This document shows, piece by piece, positions 1-8,373 of a stretch of DNA of 42,682 bases (position 1 is the stretch's first letter; every line of letters begins with the position of its first letter). A model generated the notes under the pieces. That model made no database searches. It saw only the letters and a program-made list of their open reading frames with translations, and was not told the DNA's origin. The position numbers and the translations under genes are program-made. The stretch is from a virus (taxonomy: Duplodnaviria; Heunggongvirae; Uroviricota; Caudoviricetes), in the IMG/VR virus record IMGVR_UViG_2703718834_000012; one strand, 5' to 3'.

Positions 1-549
1 TCAGCTAGCTGGAAACTTTTTATACAGAGTTGAGAGCCCTACTCCATACGTTTTTGATACGCTTTGTCGTGATTCACCGGTTGCCATCCGCTCCCCCATT
101 TCCCGCCATTGCTCATCCGTGAACTTAGGCCTGCGACCACCAACTCGCCCTTTTGCCCTGGCTACGGCCAGCCCTGCTAAGGTACGTTCGCTATTAAGAT
201 CAGATTCATATTGTGCTGCGGAAAGGATGTTACGAAAGTTATAGCGGCCGCTGGCTGTTTTGAGATCCACGCCATCGGTAATACTGCGGAAGTTGATACC
301 CTTTTCCTGTAACTGCTGGAACATCAACAGCGCATGCAGAACGTTGCGGCCTATCCTGTCCAGCTTCCAGACCACCAGTTCATCCCCCGGCTGCATAGTG
401 GCGATCAGCCGTTTTAGAACCGGCCGATTCGATTTCCTCCCGCTGGCATGCTCTTCAAAAATTTTCTCACAACCCGCTGACTTGAGCGCCGTTAGTTGCA
501 ATTCAGTATCCTGGTGGTTTGTTGATACTCGGGCATAACCGTAAATCAT
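1..549 (-). CDS. Serine recombinase / DNA invertase (Gin/Pin/Hin/Cin family)
   Basis: 182 aa from ATG at 547-549 with AGGAG RBS upstream; MIYGYARVSTNHQD... resolvase-type N-terminus and C-terminal HTH closely resemble Gin/Pin. Track ORF 1..732 is an in-frame upstream extension. Confidence 0.9.
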   Translation of the reverse strand: MIYGYARVSTNHQDTELQLTALKSAGCEKIFEEHASGRKSNRPVLKRLIATMQPGDELVVWKLDRIGRNVLHALLMFQQLQEKGINFRSITDGVDLKTASGRYNFRNILSAAQYESDLNSERTLAGLAVARAKGRVGGRRPKFTDEQWREMGERMATGESRQSVSKTYGVGLSTLYKKFPAS

Positions 550-620
550 GGGATTTCTCCTGTTATGAAAACAGGAGAAACGGCGAAGCATCACCAGATT
601 TTTGATGGTTATAAAAAAGG

Positions 621-635
621 TTGGTTTGGGAGAAG
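621..635. repeat. Inverted repeat, invertase-proximal crossover site of invertible tail-fibre segment
   Basis: ttggtttgggagaag at 621-635 is the exact reverse complement of 2447-2461; it sits at the codons VGLGEG of the silent fibre cassette. Confidence 0.7.
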
Positions 636-1078
636 GTGCTCCAGCTATTGGCGTTCCGTTCTTCTGGCCCTCCGCGGCAATGCCAAATACTGTAATCGAC
701 AGCTGGTCCGGTATGGTGTTTTTGAAGTTCAACGGGGCGAAATTTTCTGCCTCTGATTACCCTGTGCTGGCGAAAGTGTTTCCTTCGCTGGTATTACCTG
801 AAGCCCGCGGTGATTTCATTCGTATCTGGGATGACGGGCGAGGTGCAGATGGTGGTCGCGAATTATTAAGCTGGCAGGAAGCTACAAACTTTTCTCAGTT
901 TGCCGGGAATATAGGCGGAGGTGCGGGACACGCAATTAACTTTCATGATGGCATCGCCGGAAATCAGCCAGGATTTTCACGATTTAATTTCACCAGTAAC
1001 TCTGTGGGTGATGGTGTGAATTTTGTTGCTGTCAGACCGCGAAATATTGCATTTAACTTTCTGGTGAGGGCTAAATAA
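621..1078 (+). CDS. Silent alternative tail-fibre C-terminal cassette (expressed only after inversion)
   Basis: ORF 602..1078 has no RBS; its sequence becomes in-frame with the constant fibre N-terminus across the shared 15-bp repeat (KKVGLGEG vs TNLGLGEA); followed by a Tfa gene. Confidence 0.6.
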
Positions 1079-1671
1079 TGAAACCTGTTTTTGATAAAAA
1101 TGGGCTGGCTACAGTGCCGGGCGATATGCGTTGTTTTTATTATGATGCTGAAACATCTGAGTATACGGGCTGGTCTGATGAATATATTAATACTGGCGTA
1201 AGTATGCCCGCCTGTTCCACTGGTATTGACCCTGGCGAAAACATTCTGGGAAGAGTGGCAGTATTTACAGGTAAGGGATGGAGCCATGAAGAAGATCATC
1301 GCAATGAGACTGTTTACTCAATCGAAAATGGTGCTGCTGTTACAGTGGATTATATCGGTGCCATCAAAAACGGTTATGTCACGCTTTCACCGTTAACGCC
1401 ATATGATAAATGGGATGGTGAGAAATGGGTGACAGATACTGAGGCACAACACGGTGCCGCAGTAGAAGCGGCAGAAGCACAGCGCCAGTCACTGATTGAT
1501 GCTGCAATGGCTTCCATCAGTCTGATTCAGCTGAAATTACAGGCCGGGCGGAAGCTGACGCAGGCAGAAACAACCCGACTTAACGCCGTGCTGGATTACA
1601 TTGACGCGGTGACGGTAACAGATACCAGCACCGCGCCGGATGTCATCTGGCCTGAACTGCCGGAGGCGTAG
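1078..1671 (+). CDS. Tail fibre assembly protein (alternate copy)
   Basis: 197 aa; start overlaps the upstream stop (TAATG); C-terminal LDYIDAVTVTDTSTAPDVIWPELP motif typical of Tfa chaperones. Confidence 0.8.
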   Translation: MKPVFDKNGLATVPGDMRCFYYDAETSEYTGWSDEYINTGVSMPACSTGIDPGENILGRVAVFTGKGWSHEEDHRNETVYSIENGAAVTVDYIGAIKNGYVTLSPLTPYDKWDGEKWVTDTEAQHGAAVEAAEAQRQSLIDAAMASISLIQLKLQAGRKLTQAETTRLNAVLDYIDAVTVTDTSTAPDVIWPELPEA

Positions 1672-2083
1672 GCCATTCAATATCTGGAGCACTGGAAGTA
1701 TCGACCAGTTCCAGTGCGTCCAGATAATCCAGCCATAAATTATATTGCGCCAGTTCCTCACCTTTCAGACGACCAATAGCAGCCTTTCCTGGCCACTGCT
1801 TACTGTTAATATATTCATTAACTCGATTTATGAGTGCCTGTTTTTTTCGTTCCGCTTCTGACAGTTGTTCTTCATGAGTTAGCGGCGGTACGTCATCCCA
1901 TGCAGGATAGCCATCATCACCCGCAACTCTCACTTTCCCTGGAGGTGGGGACAGGTACTTAATAAATATATCCTCATCAACTTCAACTCCATTATGAGGC
2001 CATAACCCAGACTCCTTATACTGACTTTCCAGAGTAAATGGGTAAAACATATTAGTTTTTGCATCGTAAAGATATTTACTCAT
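1643..2083 (-). CDS. Tail fibre assembly protein (currently expressed copy)
   Basis: Start MSKYLYDAKTNMFYPF at ATG 2081-2083 with AGGAAGA RBS, directly after fibre stop; C-terminal LDYLDALELVDTSSAPDIEWP Tfa motif; 3' end overlaps the convergent Tfa gene. Confidence 0.8.
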   Translation of the reverse strand: MSKYLYDAKTNMFYPFTLESQYKESGLWPHNGVEVDEDIFIKYLSPPPGKVRVAGDDGYPAWDDVPPLTHEEQLSEAERKKQALINRVNEYINSKQWPGKAAIGRLKGEELAQYNLWLDYLDALELVDTSSAPDIEWPTPPAVQAR

Positions 2084-2084
2084 T

Positions 2085-2744
2085 TTATCTTCCTGTAGCA
2101 AACCAGCGGCAACCAGCGACAGTTGGAACATTGAAGGATGGATTTCCTTTATCAAGAGATCCCAGGTTCTCTGCTATGACATTTGAGTTAGTCAATTTAT
2201 AGAATTGCCATACTGACATTTTCCCTGCCACAGGAGCCTGGTCATGTTCATTAATAGAAATGACGGCTGTCGGAAATGGGATAGGAAAATTAATCAAAAC
2301 TTCATTTGTTGTGGCCTCAGTTAGCCCCCATTGTTCAATATAACCATCCGGGCTTCGTCTCCATCCCGTCGTTGTATCTCCCCCACACTCCCACGCTGAC
2401 ATATCAGGAATTTGGTTTTGCCCGTTACCCACATCCCGTTTTGCCGCTTCTCCCAAACCAAGGTTTGTGAGAGCCGTAGAAATCGCCGCTGCACCATCTG
2501 ATTTGATATCGGCAAATGGGTTTGCACGGCTCAGTGTGAGTTTTTGAATGGCTTTTAAAACCTGAGTCATATCGTTAATGTCGAGCGCCAATCCTGCTGA
2601 CTCTACGATATGCGCTAACTCTTCCTGCATGGCATTAAACGCTGCTGCCCGCAGCCTCGTTGCGGCAATACCACCAGCAACACTTCCATCAGTATATTTG
2701 CCATCCTGCGTTGCAGTGGCTTCGACTTGCCCGATTCGGAGCAT
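2085..2744 (-). CDS. Tail fibre protein (constant N-terminus outside, variable C-terminus inside the invertible segment)
   Basis: 219 aa with GAGGA RBS; follows the baseplate genes; the crossover repeat lies inside the coding sequence at 2447-2461. Confidence 0.75.
   Translation of the reverse strand: MLRIGQVEATATQDGKYTDGSVAGGIAATRLRAAAFNAMQEELAHIVESAGLALDINDMTQVLKAIQKLTLSRANPFADIKSDGAAAISTALTNLGLGEAAKRDVGNGQNQIPDMSAWECGGDTTTGWRRSPDGYIEQWGLTEATTNEVLINFPIPFPTAVISINEHDQAPVAGKMSVWQFYKLTNSNVIAENLGSLDKGNPSFNVPTVAGCRWFATGR
2447..2461. repeat. Inverted repeat, fibre-gene crossover site of invertible segment
   Basis: cttctcccaaaccaa, reverse complement of 621-635; part of an imperfect palindrome CTTCTCCCAAACC-AA-GGTTTGTGAGAG resembling gix/hix sites. 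Confidence 0.7.
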
Positions 2745-2795
2745 AGTTAATCCTCACTTAGTGTTAAGCGATAAAATCAGAGGGGGAAATATCAG

Positions 2796-3389
2796 TTATG
2801 AATAATTGAAAATGATGTTCAGATGGGATGGGGCAATTTTGTTGATTGAACACTCCAGTTGTTTATTGCCCCACGATGCGAGCGGATCTCCGCAGTAGGA
2901 CGCGCCAGCAAGCGAATACTTGATCGTTGTTTGTGGCGCATTTATCCGCCAGGTAAATGGCCACTCGTCACCGTTAAGCGCATCACCGCATACTGACATG
3001 CCACTCATAGCGGGCCGGAACTGTGTGATAGTGATGGTATAACCAAGAGCTGCAGCCACCCGGATGTAATAATCGCGGTTCAGGCCGCCGGTGCTGATTA
3101 ACTTTGCCACCACGGCGCGCTGGCGATCGCTGACGCCACCGGATTCACCAATCGCACAATCATCTGGTAACCCCAGAGAGCTTTCCCATTCTGACAACAT
3201 TACCGTCGCTGTAGGGGGAAAAGCACCAGTAATCAGGCTTTGCGCATCGTTGTCAGAACGCTGAAACGCGCTGCCCAGTGCCCGTAATACCGCAGCCTGT
3301 ACCGTTCTTTGCGACCGGGGCCACGCCCTGCCCGTCGGTAGCAGCGCACCAAGCGCACCGGCATAATCATTTTTTGAAAAGAGGCTCAT
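2796..3389 (-). CDS. Baseplate/tail protein, Mu gp48 / YmfQ (DUF2313)-like
   Basis: 197 aa; position between baseplate J-like gene and tail fibre; sequence resembles YmfQ-type proteins. Confidence 0.65.
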   Translation of the reverse strand: MSLFSKNDYAGALGALLPTGRAWPRSQRTVQAAVLRALGSAFQRSDNDAQSLITGAFPPTATVMLSEWESSLGLPDDCAIGESGGVSDRQRAVVAKLISTGGLNRDYYIRVAAALGYTITITQFRPAMSGMSVCGDALNGDEWPFTWRINAPQTTIKYSLAGASYCGDPLASWGNKQLECSINKIAPSHLNIIFNYS

Positions 3390-4528
3390 ACAAAATTCAC
3401 CCCGCCAAGCACCGGAATTTCGCCAACAGCAAAGGTGATATTGGCCGTCGGAGAGTTAAGAATATAGCCCGTCGTGCCGCTAACACCGCCGATACTCCCG
3501 TTAATATCAGAGAGGTAAACTTTCCCAGAACCATCAGGGTTAGCTTCATCAAAAAACAGCGCCGTCAGCGCGTCTTTTATCCCCTGAACTGTGGTGCTGT
3601 CGGCATTTTTGATCCCAGAGATTTCAATATTGATGACTTTCTTGATCGGGGAACATACGAAAACAATGGCAGTGTCTGTCTGCTGCGGATAGATGTGGTC
3701 GGCGACAGCGAGCTGGTCTCCGGTGGCTTTAACAGCCCCCCAGTCCTCAAGTTGGGATATTCCGTCGGTACCGACCGGAAACCCACCATTGTCATTCCGA
3801 TCACACATGATATACACGCCAACGGTCCCGGCCCCGTTCAGACGCCGCTTTACCCACGCGCGGGTGACGCCCGAAACCTCAAGCGCCCATTTTTTATAAT
3901 CGGCGTCGCTTCCACCCTGAGGCGGATTCTGCCATGCCAGCAAGCCACGACTGCGAAAATCCTCTTCCGTTTCAATATCGGCTCCGCCGGTCGCAGCGGA
4001 CAGTAACGTTACCTGTGGATCCACGCCAGCAATATTCGCGTCCAGGGTCATTATGGTCCCGGCATCAGCGTTACCGCGCGCGCCTCCACCCGTTACATCA
4101 CTGGTAATATCCGGCAGTATGGCCGTCACCGCGACGATACCAAATCCATCTGCCTGAATTTTAAGATCTGCATCCGTCCGGTACTGGTATCCGTCCCCGC
4201 GGTTAATGATCGAGCCAACAGGGATAATACAGTCAACACTGCCACTAGCCTGTACCGCAGGCGACTTCGCCGCTGCAGCTGGTTTTCTGAATACCTGCTT
4301 AAGGACCATCCACCCGGCGAGATACTCATCGGTAGAGGTAAACGGGTTTGTCTGCAGGGCAATATAGTCAAGGTAGGCGTAATGCAGATGCCCCATCCCC
4401 GCATCCATGTCAGCCAGTACCTTCAGGTTCGCGAAGCGCAGGAGCGCACCAACATCCTCAAGCTCCGCCTGCATAAATTTCCGGTTTCCGTCGCGGAGTT
4501 CGCTCAGCGTCGGTCGTTTAAACGGCAT
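3386..4528 (-). CDS. Baseplate J-like protein (Mu gp47-like)
   Basis: Trimmed to ATG 4526-4528 (MPFKRPTLSEL...) adjacent to upstream stop; size and position fit baseplate J. Confidence 0.7.
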   Translation of the reverse strand: MPFKRPTLSELRDGNRKFMQAELEDVGALLRFANLKVLADMDAGMGHLHYAYLDYIALQTNPFTSTDEYLAGWMVLKQVFRKPAAAAKSPAVQASGSVDCIIPVGSIINRGDGYQYRTDADLKIQADGFGIVAVTAILPDITSDVTGGGARGNADAGTIMTLDANIAGVDPQVTLLSAATGGADIETEEDFRSRGLLAWQNPPQGGSDADYKKWALEVSGVTRAWVKRRLNGAGTVGVYIMCDRNDNGGFPVGTDGISQLEDWGAVKATGDQLAVADHIYPQQTDTAIVFVCSPIKKVINIEISGIKNADSTTVQGIKDALTALFFDEANPDGSGKVYLSDINGSIGGVSGTTGYILNSPTANITFAVGEIPVLGGVNFV

Positions 4529-4529
4529 A

Positions 4530-4967
4530 TTAACGTTGCTCCCATATCCAGTAAAACCTGAATTCCTGCCAGTCCTTCCCCGGTGCCTGATAGCGGATAA
4601 TGAGATTGAGCCGGTCAGGCAGGACGATCCTTGCAACAGGAATAACCTCGCTGACAACGCCATCAACCTTTAACCAGTTGAGCGCTTCACTCGAGTATTC
4701 CTCCGCTTTTTTTGCTACATCCGGGGTCAGTTTTTTCCGCCGTAGCAGCCACAGCCGGGATCCCAGTTGGGATTCCTCCCCGGAATCCCCCCACCAGCCG
4801 CGGCGATCGCTATCCTCATAATCATCGTCAGCGCGCGCCAGCCTGTCGGTAAACAGGCTGTCCAGTATTGCAGTCTGTAAATCGTTCCCCGTGGTGAGTT
4901 CACCCAGCCCTTTCTGCCAGTCAGCAAACATCTCATCCACATTCCAGAATGAAGCGATGTCACTCAT
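4530..4967 (-). CDS. Baseplate protein (Mu gp46 / gpW-gp25-like)
   Basis: 145 aa; synteny within Mu-like baseplate block; start overlaps upstream gene. Confidence 0.6.
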   Translation of the reverse strand: MSDIASFWNVDEMFADWQKGLGELTTGNDLQTAILDSLFTDRLARADDDYEDSDRRGWWGDSGEESQLGSRLWLLRRKKLTPDVAKKAEEYSSEALNWLKVDGVVSEVIPVARIVLPDRLNLIIRYQAPGKDWQEFRFYWIWEQR

Positions 4968-5548
4968 GTCACCTGATCCTCTGTTTTTTGGCTGCGGATA
5001 TTGTCATTGCCACTCTGGGCATTTTTAACCACATGATCATGGTCATTATGTGCATCCCGCAGCTCTTTCAGTGTTCGGGTATTGGTTTCACAGTTATCAA
5101 CAATGTCACCCGTGCACCTCAGGATCGGGGTATTTGCAAGGATCCCCTGGCTGGCATTGATGGTCACGTTAGTGGCGTTATTGACCTCAACATTCTGGCC
5201 CTTTGCATCCAGGAAGATCCCCTTCTCCGTCAGGAGAATATTAAGGCCCCACTGGTTATACATGACCGTTTCGCCCGCTTTCAGGCCTGTATGACGGAAC
5301 CCCTGATGGTTGGACGCAATTACCACCGCGCTGGAACGATCACCGCCAATAAAAGCCAGAACCACGTCAGTCCCTGACGGCAGGCCGGATGAAAAGCCAA
5401 ATTCTGCCATCCGCGGAGCGCTGGCCACCTCCAGCGGAGTCTGGTACTGGATAGACTGCACCACCCCACCATCTTTCATAGCCGTGATCCGGCCAATCCC
5501 CAGCATGCCGGCGATCCTGGTCGCTGCATGTTTAAATAGTTGCTTCAT
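4964..5548 (-). CDS. Baseplate assembly/spike protein (Mu gp45-like)
   Basis: 194 aa; synteny; overlapping start/stop with neighbours. Confidence 0.6.
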   Translation of the reverse strand: MKQLFKHAATRIAGMLGIGRITAMKDGGVVQSIQYQTPLEVASAPRMAEFGFSSGLPSGTDVVLAFIGGDRSSAVVIASNHQGFRHTGLKAGETVMYNQWGLNILLTEKGIFLDAKGQNVEVNNATNVTINASQGILANTPILRCTGDIVDNCETNTRTLKELRDAHNDHDHVVKNAQSGNDNIRSQKTEDQVT

Positions 5549-6630
5549 GTATTGAATCCCGCCAGGTTCTGGTAGAAGGCATATGGCTGAACGGAGAATG
5601 CTTCAGGCGGCATCAGCGTCATGCGTGCATGGGTGCCGTAGTCATCGCGCATATAGGTGACTTCTGCCAGTAGCAATTCAGTCTTCGGCAACCGTAAGGT
5701 GGGAAGATCAACGGGGATCAATGTGTTTGGTTCCCACAGTTTCCCGTCTTTATCCCGCCAGGAATCGATGGTTACCGAGAGCTGTTTTGAACGTCCGTAC
5801 CGCCGGTTCATTTCCCAGTCGATCGCACTTTGTGCCTGTTGAGTAGCCATCAGGGTACTTTCCACAATCGATATATGTTTTCGGTACCGCATGCGGGCGG
5901 CCTCCGGATCTCTCGCCGTTGCCAGAGTCACAGCGTCATAGGCCGTATCAGGCGAATACCCTGCAATTGGAGAAACGCTCATTGATACACCGACATAATC
6001 TGAAAACCTGTCAGCCATCGATTTGCGGTAGTATGCCTGCTCGACATTTACCCCTTCGGCTATCCCACTTGCCGCACGACGTGTTCCCACCCGGGTCAGT
6101 AACAGGTTTCCATCGGGCTGATCGTAGTAAAGCAGAGCAGACCATCTGGCCACCCGATCGATGACTTCTTGCGGAGACTCACCCCAGTTCAGAGTGAACT
6201 GGGGTACCTTCACAAGTTCATCAACATCCGTGGTTACGGTGATGCCGTAGTAGGATGCCAGGCGAGAAGCAATTTCAAGCGCATTACTGGCATTGATGAC
6301 GTTGTTAGGCCACTCGGCTGAGCAATCCACCAGGTCCTGACATTTGCTCCTGCCCGTGGCGCGGACCTCATGGCGGGAGCGCGATAGTGCGGGTTCCCAG
6401 TCATCAACATATCCCGTCAGTGTCAGATCATCTCCGATACGAACTTCACAAGACATTCCCTCTTCAACGAGTTGACGATCTTCGTTGCCAGGGAAGTAAT
6501 CCATTAGCCCAAGATCGAAATCAGAGGGAAAACGCTCAATACCCCGCGTTACCCGGACAGAATCCCACCCCTCGATGATTTTGCCGTCGACCGTCAAAGA
6601 AACAACATCCAGATCGCTGTCTGCATTCAT
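5545..6630 (-). CDS. Tail/baseplate hub protein (Mu gp44 / P2 gpD-like)
   Basis: 361 aa; synteny downstream of DNA circulation protein. Confidence 0.6.
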   Translation of the reverse strand: MNADSDLDVVSLTVDGKIIEGWDSVRVTRGIERFPSDFDLGLMDYFPGNEDRQLVEEGMSCEVRIGDDLTLTGYVDDWEPALSRSRHEVRATGRSKCQDLVDCSAEWPNNVINASNALEIASRLASYYGITVTTDVDELVKVPQFTLNWGESPQEVIDRVARWSALLYYDQPDGNLLLTRVGTRRAASGIAEGVNVEQAYYRKSMADRFSDYVGVSMSVSPIAGYSPDTAYDAVTLATARDPEAARMRYRKHISIVESTLMATQQAQSAIDWEMNRRYGRSKQLSVTIDSWRDKDGKLWEPNTLIPVDLPTLRLPKTELLLAEVTYMRDDYGTHARMTLMPPEAFSVQPYAFYQNLAGFNT

Positions 6631-8033
6631 TGCCTCAGTACCTTCATGGTTGTCGGCATAAACGCCGGATGCGGTACGCGCGCTTCCTGTACCAGTTCAT
6701 CTGCACGGGTGGCATCCTGGTATAATCGGTTTGCCAGCGTCAGCGCCGGAAGCGGCTGAGCGGTAGTAACCTGCAGAAGCTCGCTCAGACCAGAAGCACG
6801 CTCACTCATCGTAGAAAGGAATGCCGATCTGACGGCGAGAAGCGCGTTATACATATCATCGTCCGCGCGGTCTCCAGCCAGAACCAGCGCCGTATCAAGT
6901 TGCACAGAAACTCGTTGAGTTAACTCTTCTGCCTCGTCTGTACTGGCTGGTCTGGAGTCCGCAGCGGCACTGGTCATGGCACCAGTACATAGCACAACAA
7001 TCAGCGTGTTCATGGTCGCCGAAATCGCTTTGCTGCTGTCGGACTGCTGGTACTCCGTGCTGATTGAATTAGCCAGTTTTTCCAGCGCTGTGATTCGGTC
7101 ATTAACGCTGCCGGCGCTGTTAAGAATTGCGTTTACCACGTCGGCGACGCCCTGGACAAACTCATCAGGTGTGTTGGAGCTGCTAAGCTGGCTCGACCTG
7201 TCGGTAACATTTTTCCGGTCCATTACCGACTGGGCTGTTACCTTGTCAGCCAGTGCTCTCTCATCATCCACATCAGCAACTGACGATTTGCCAGCAACAG
7301 CAGAGGAACTACCGCCCACAGAGCCTTTACTGTAACGTCCGTACCGGGTATTCCCGAACGTGGAGTTCAGGACATTGCTGAGATTCGTGACCTGACTGAT
7401 GGTGCTGTCAACCATGTTAGTCCAGAACGTGACCGTGCCTCTGATGGTGTTTATAGCCTGTGTGACACCGCGGATTTCACTCTTAACTCTGGCAATCGTG
7501 CTCAGCACAGCAGTGCTGACCAGTTTCAGATAGTTGGTTTTCACCGTGGCGCCTGCAACGGTACTGCCCGTGACAGCAAACACTTTAAGCCCTGATTCAA
7601 TTGCCATCAGGGTAAATTCAAATACTCGCCCGTTCTCCATCGAACCGGAAATACGCAAACCATTCTCAGGGATGGAAACCGTTAATTCGCCCAGTGTCGG
7701 ATGGACAAGCGTACCGCTACCTTTTTGTTCACAGGCTTCAATCAGTGACTGGCGCTGCGTGATAGCATCGCCGCCGCCGTAAACCTGGCTGTTCTGGATC
7801 AAGAAACCGCGAATAACAAATCGCCGTGTTGCCCGCCCGATATCCTCTATCCAGGCTGTATCACGGTAGGGATATTCATGTACCGCCTGGCGTCGGCCGT
7901 GGCTCCCTTCCTCAGCAACAATTGCAAATGGCACACCTCTGAATGAGCTGGGCCGTAACTGCCCCTGCCAGTCATCGCTGGTATCTCCCCCCAAAAGAGA
8001 AGTTATTGCGTCCTGGATAATTGACGGCATCAC
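6627..8033 (-). CDS. DNA circulation protein (Mu gp43/N-like)
   Basis: 468 aa with GGAGG RBS; position after tape measure gene in Mu-like order. Confidence 0.6.
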   Translation of the reverse strand: MMPSIIQDAITSLLGGDTSDDWQGQLRPSSFRGVPFAIVAEEGSHGRRQAVHEYPYRDTAWIEDIGRATRRFVIRGFLIQNSQVYGGGDAITQRQSLIEACEQKGSGTLVHPTLGELTVSIPENGLRISGSMENGRVFEFTLMAIESGLKVFAVTGSTVAGATVKTNYLKLVSTAVLSTIARVKSEIRGVTQAINTIRGTVTFWTNMVDSTISQVTNLSNVLNSTFGNTRYGRYSKGSVGGSSSAVAGKSSVADVDDERALADKVTAQSVMDRKNVTDRSSQLSSSNTPDEFVQGVADVVNAILNSAGSVNDRITALEKLANSISTEYQQSDSSKAISATMNTLIVVLCTGAMTSAAADSRPASTDEAEELTQRVSVQLDTALVLAGDRADDDMYNALLAVRSAFLSTMSERASGLSELLQVTTAQPLPALTLANRLYQDATRADELVQEARVPHPAFMPTTMKVLRQ

Positions 8034-8043
8034 GCCTCCGGAA

Positions 8044-8069
8044 ATAAAAAAACCGCCATGTCGGCGGTT
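8044..8069 (-). terminator. Intrinsic terminator-like hairpin inside tail operon
   Basis: Perfect 7-bp stem AACCGCC/GGCGGTT with a T7 run on the minus strand, immediately upstream of the gp43-like RBS. Confidence 0.5.
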
Positions 8070-8095
8070 TACATATGCACTGAAATGACTTATCT

Positions 8096-8342
8096 ATTTA
8101 TCGCTGGATCCATTACGGTCAAGAGATTCGGCGATCCTGTAAAGATGCTCAGTCGCCTTGAATGAGTTCATTAGGAACTCATAAAGCACACGTAAAAGCA
8201 ATGCACTTACCACCGATATCGTAATCGCCGTGAAATTCATTGAGACAACAGAAAAAACGAGGAAAATGCCAATTACCAGGTAAACAAGCGCAAAAACCTT
8301 TGGAGTCTAAATGGCTTTTGCTCCAAAAACTTTTTCATTCAT
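8096..8342 (-). pseudogene. Small two-TM membrane protein ORF interrupted by in-frame TAG
   Basis: ATG at 8340-8342 with strong AAGGAAGAAG RBS; 11 codons then TAG at 8307-8309; same frame continues 70 codons with two hydrophobic helices and an internal ATG at 8238-8240. Confidence 0.35.
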
Positions 8343-8373
8343 AACTTCTTCCTTAACGAAATGACGACAGTGA

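Noticed and set aside
1-732. Track ORF giving a 243-aa invertase
   Set aside because: Homology to Gin/Pin starts at MIYGYARVST; the ATG at 547-549 has an AGGAG RBS; the upstream 61 codons are non-homologous in-frame read-through.
602-1078. Independent gene starting MMVIKK
   Set aside because: No RBS, and similarity to the fibre begins exactly at the inverted repeat; better read as a silent alternative C-terminal cassette.
3278-4006. 242-aa + strand ORF
   Set aside because: Antisense to the baseplate J-like gene; proline/arginine-rich low-complexity translation typical of GC-rich antisense frames.
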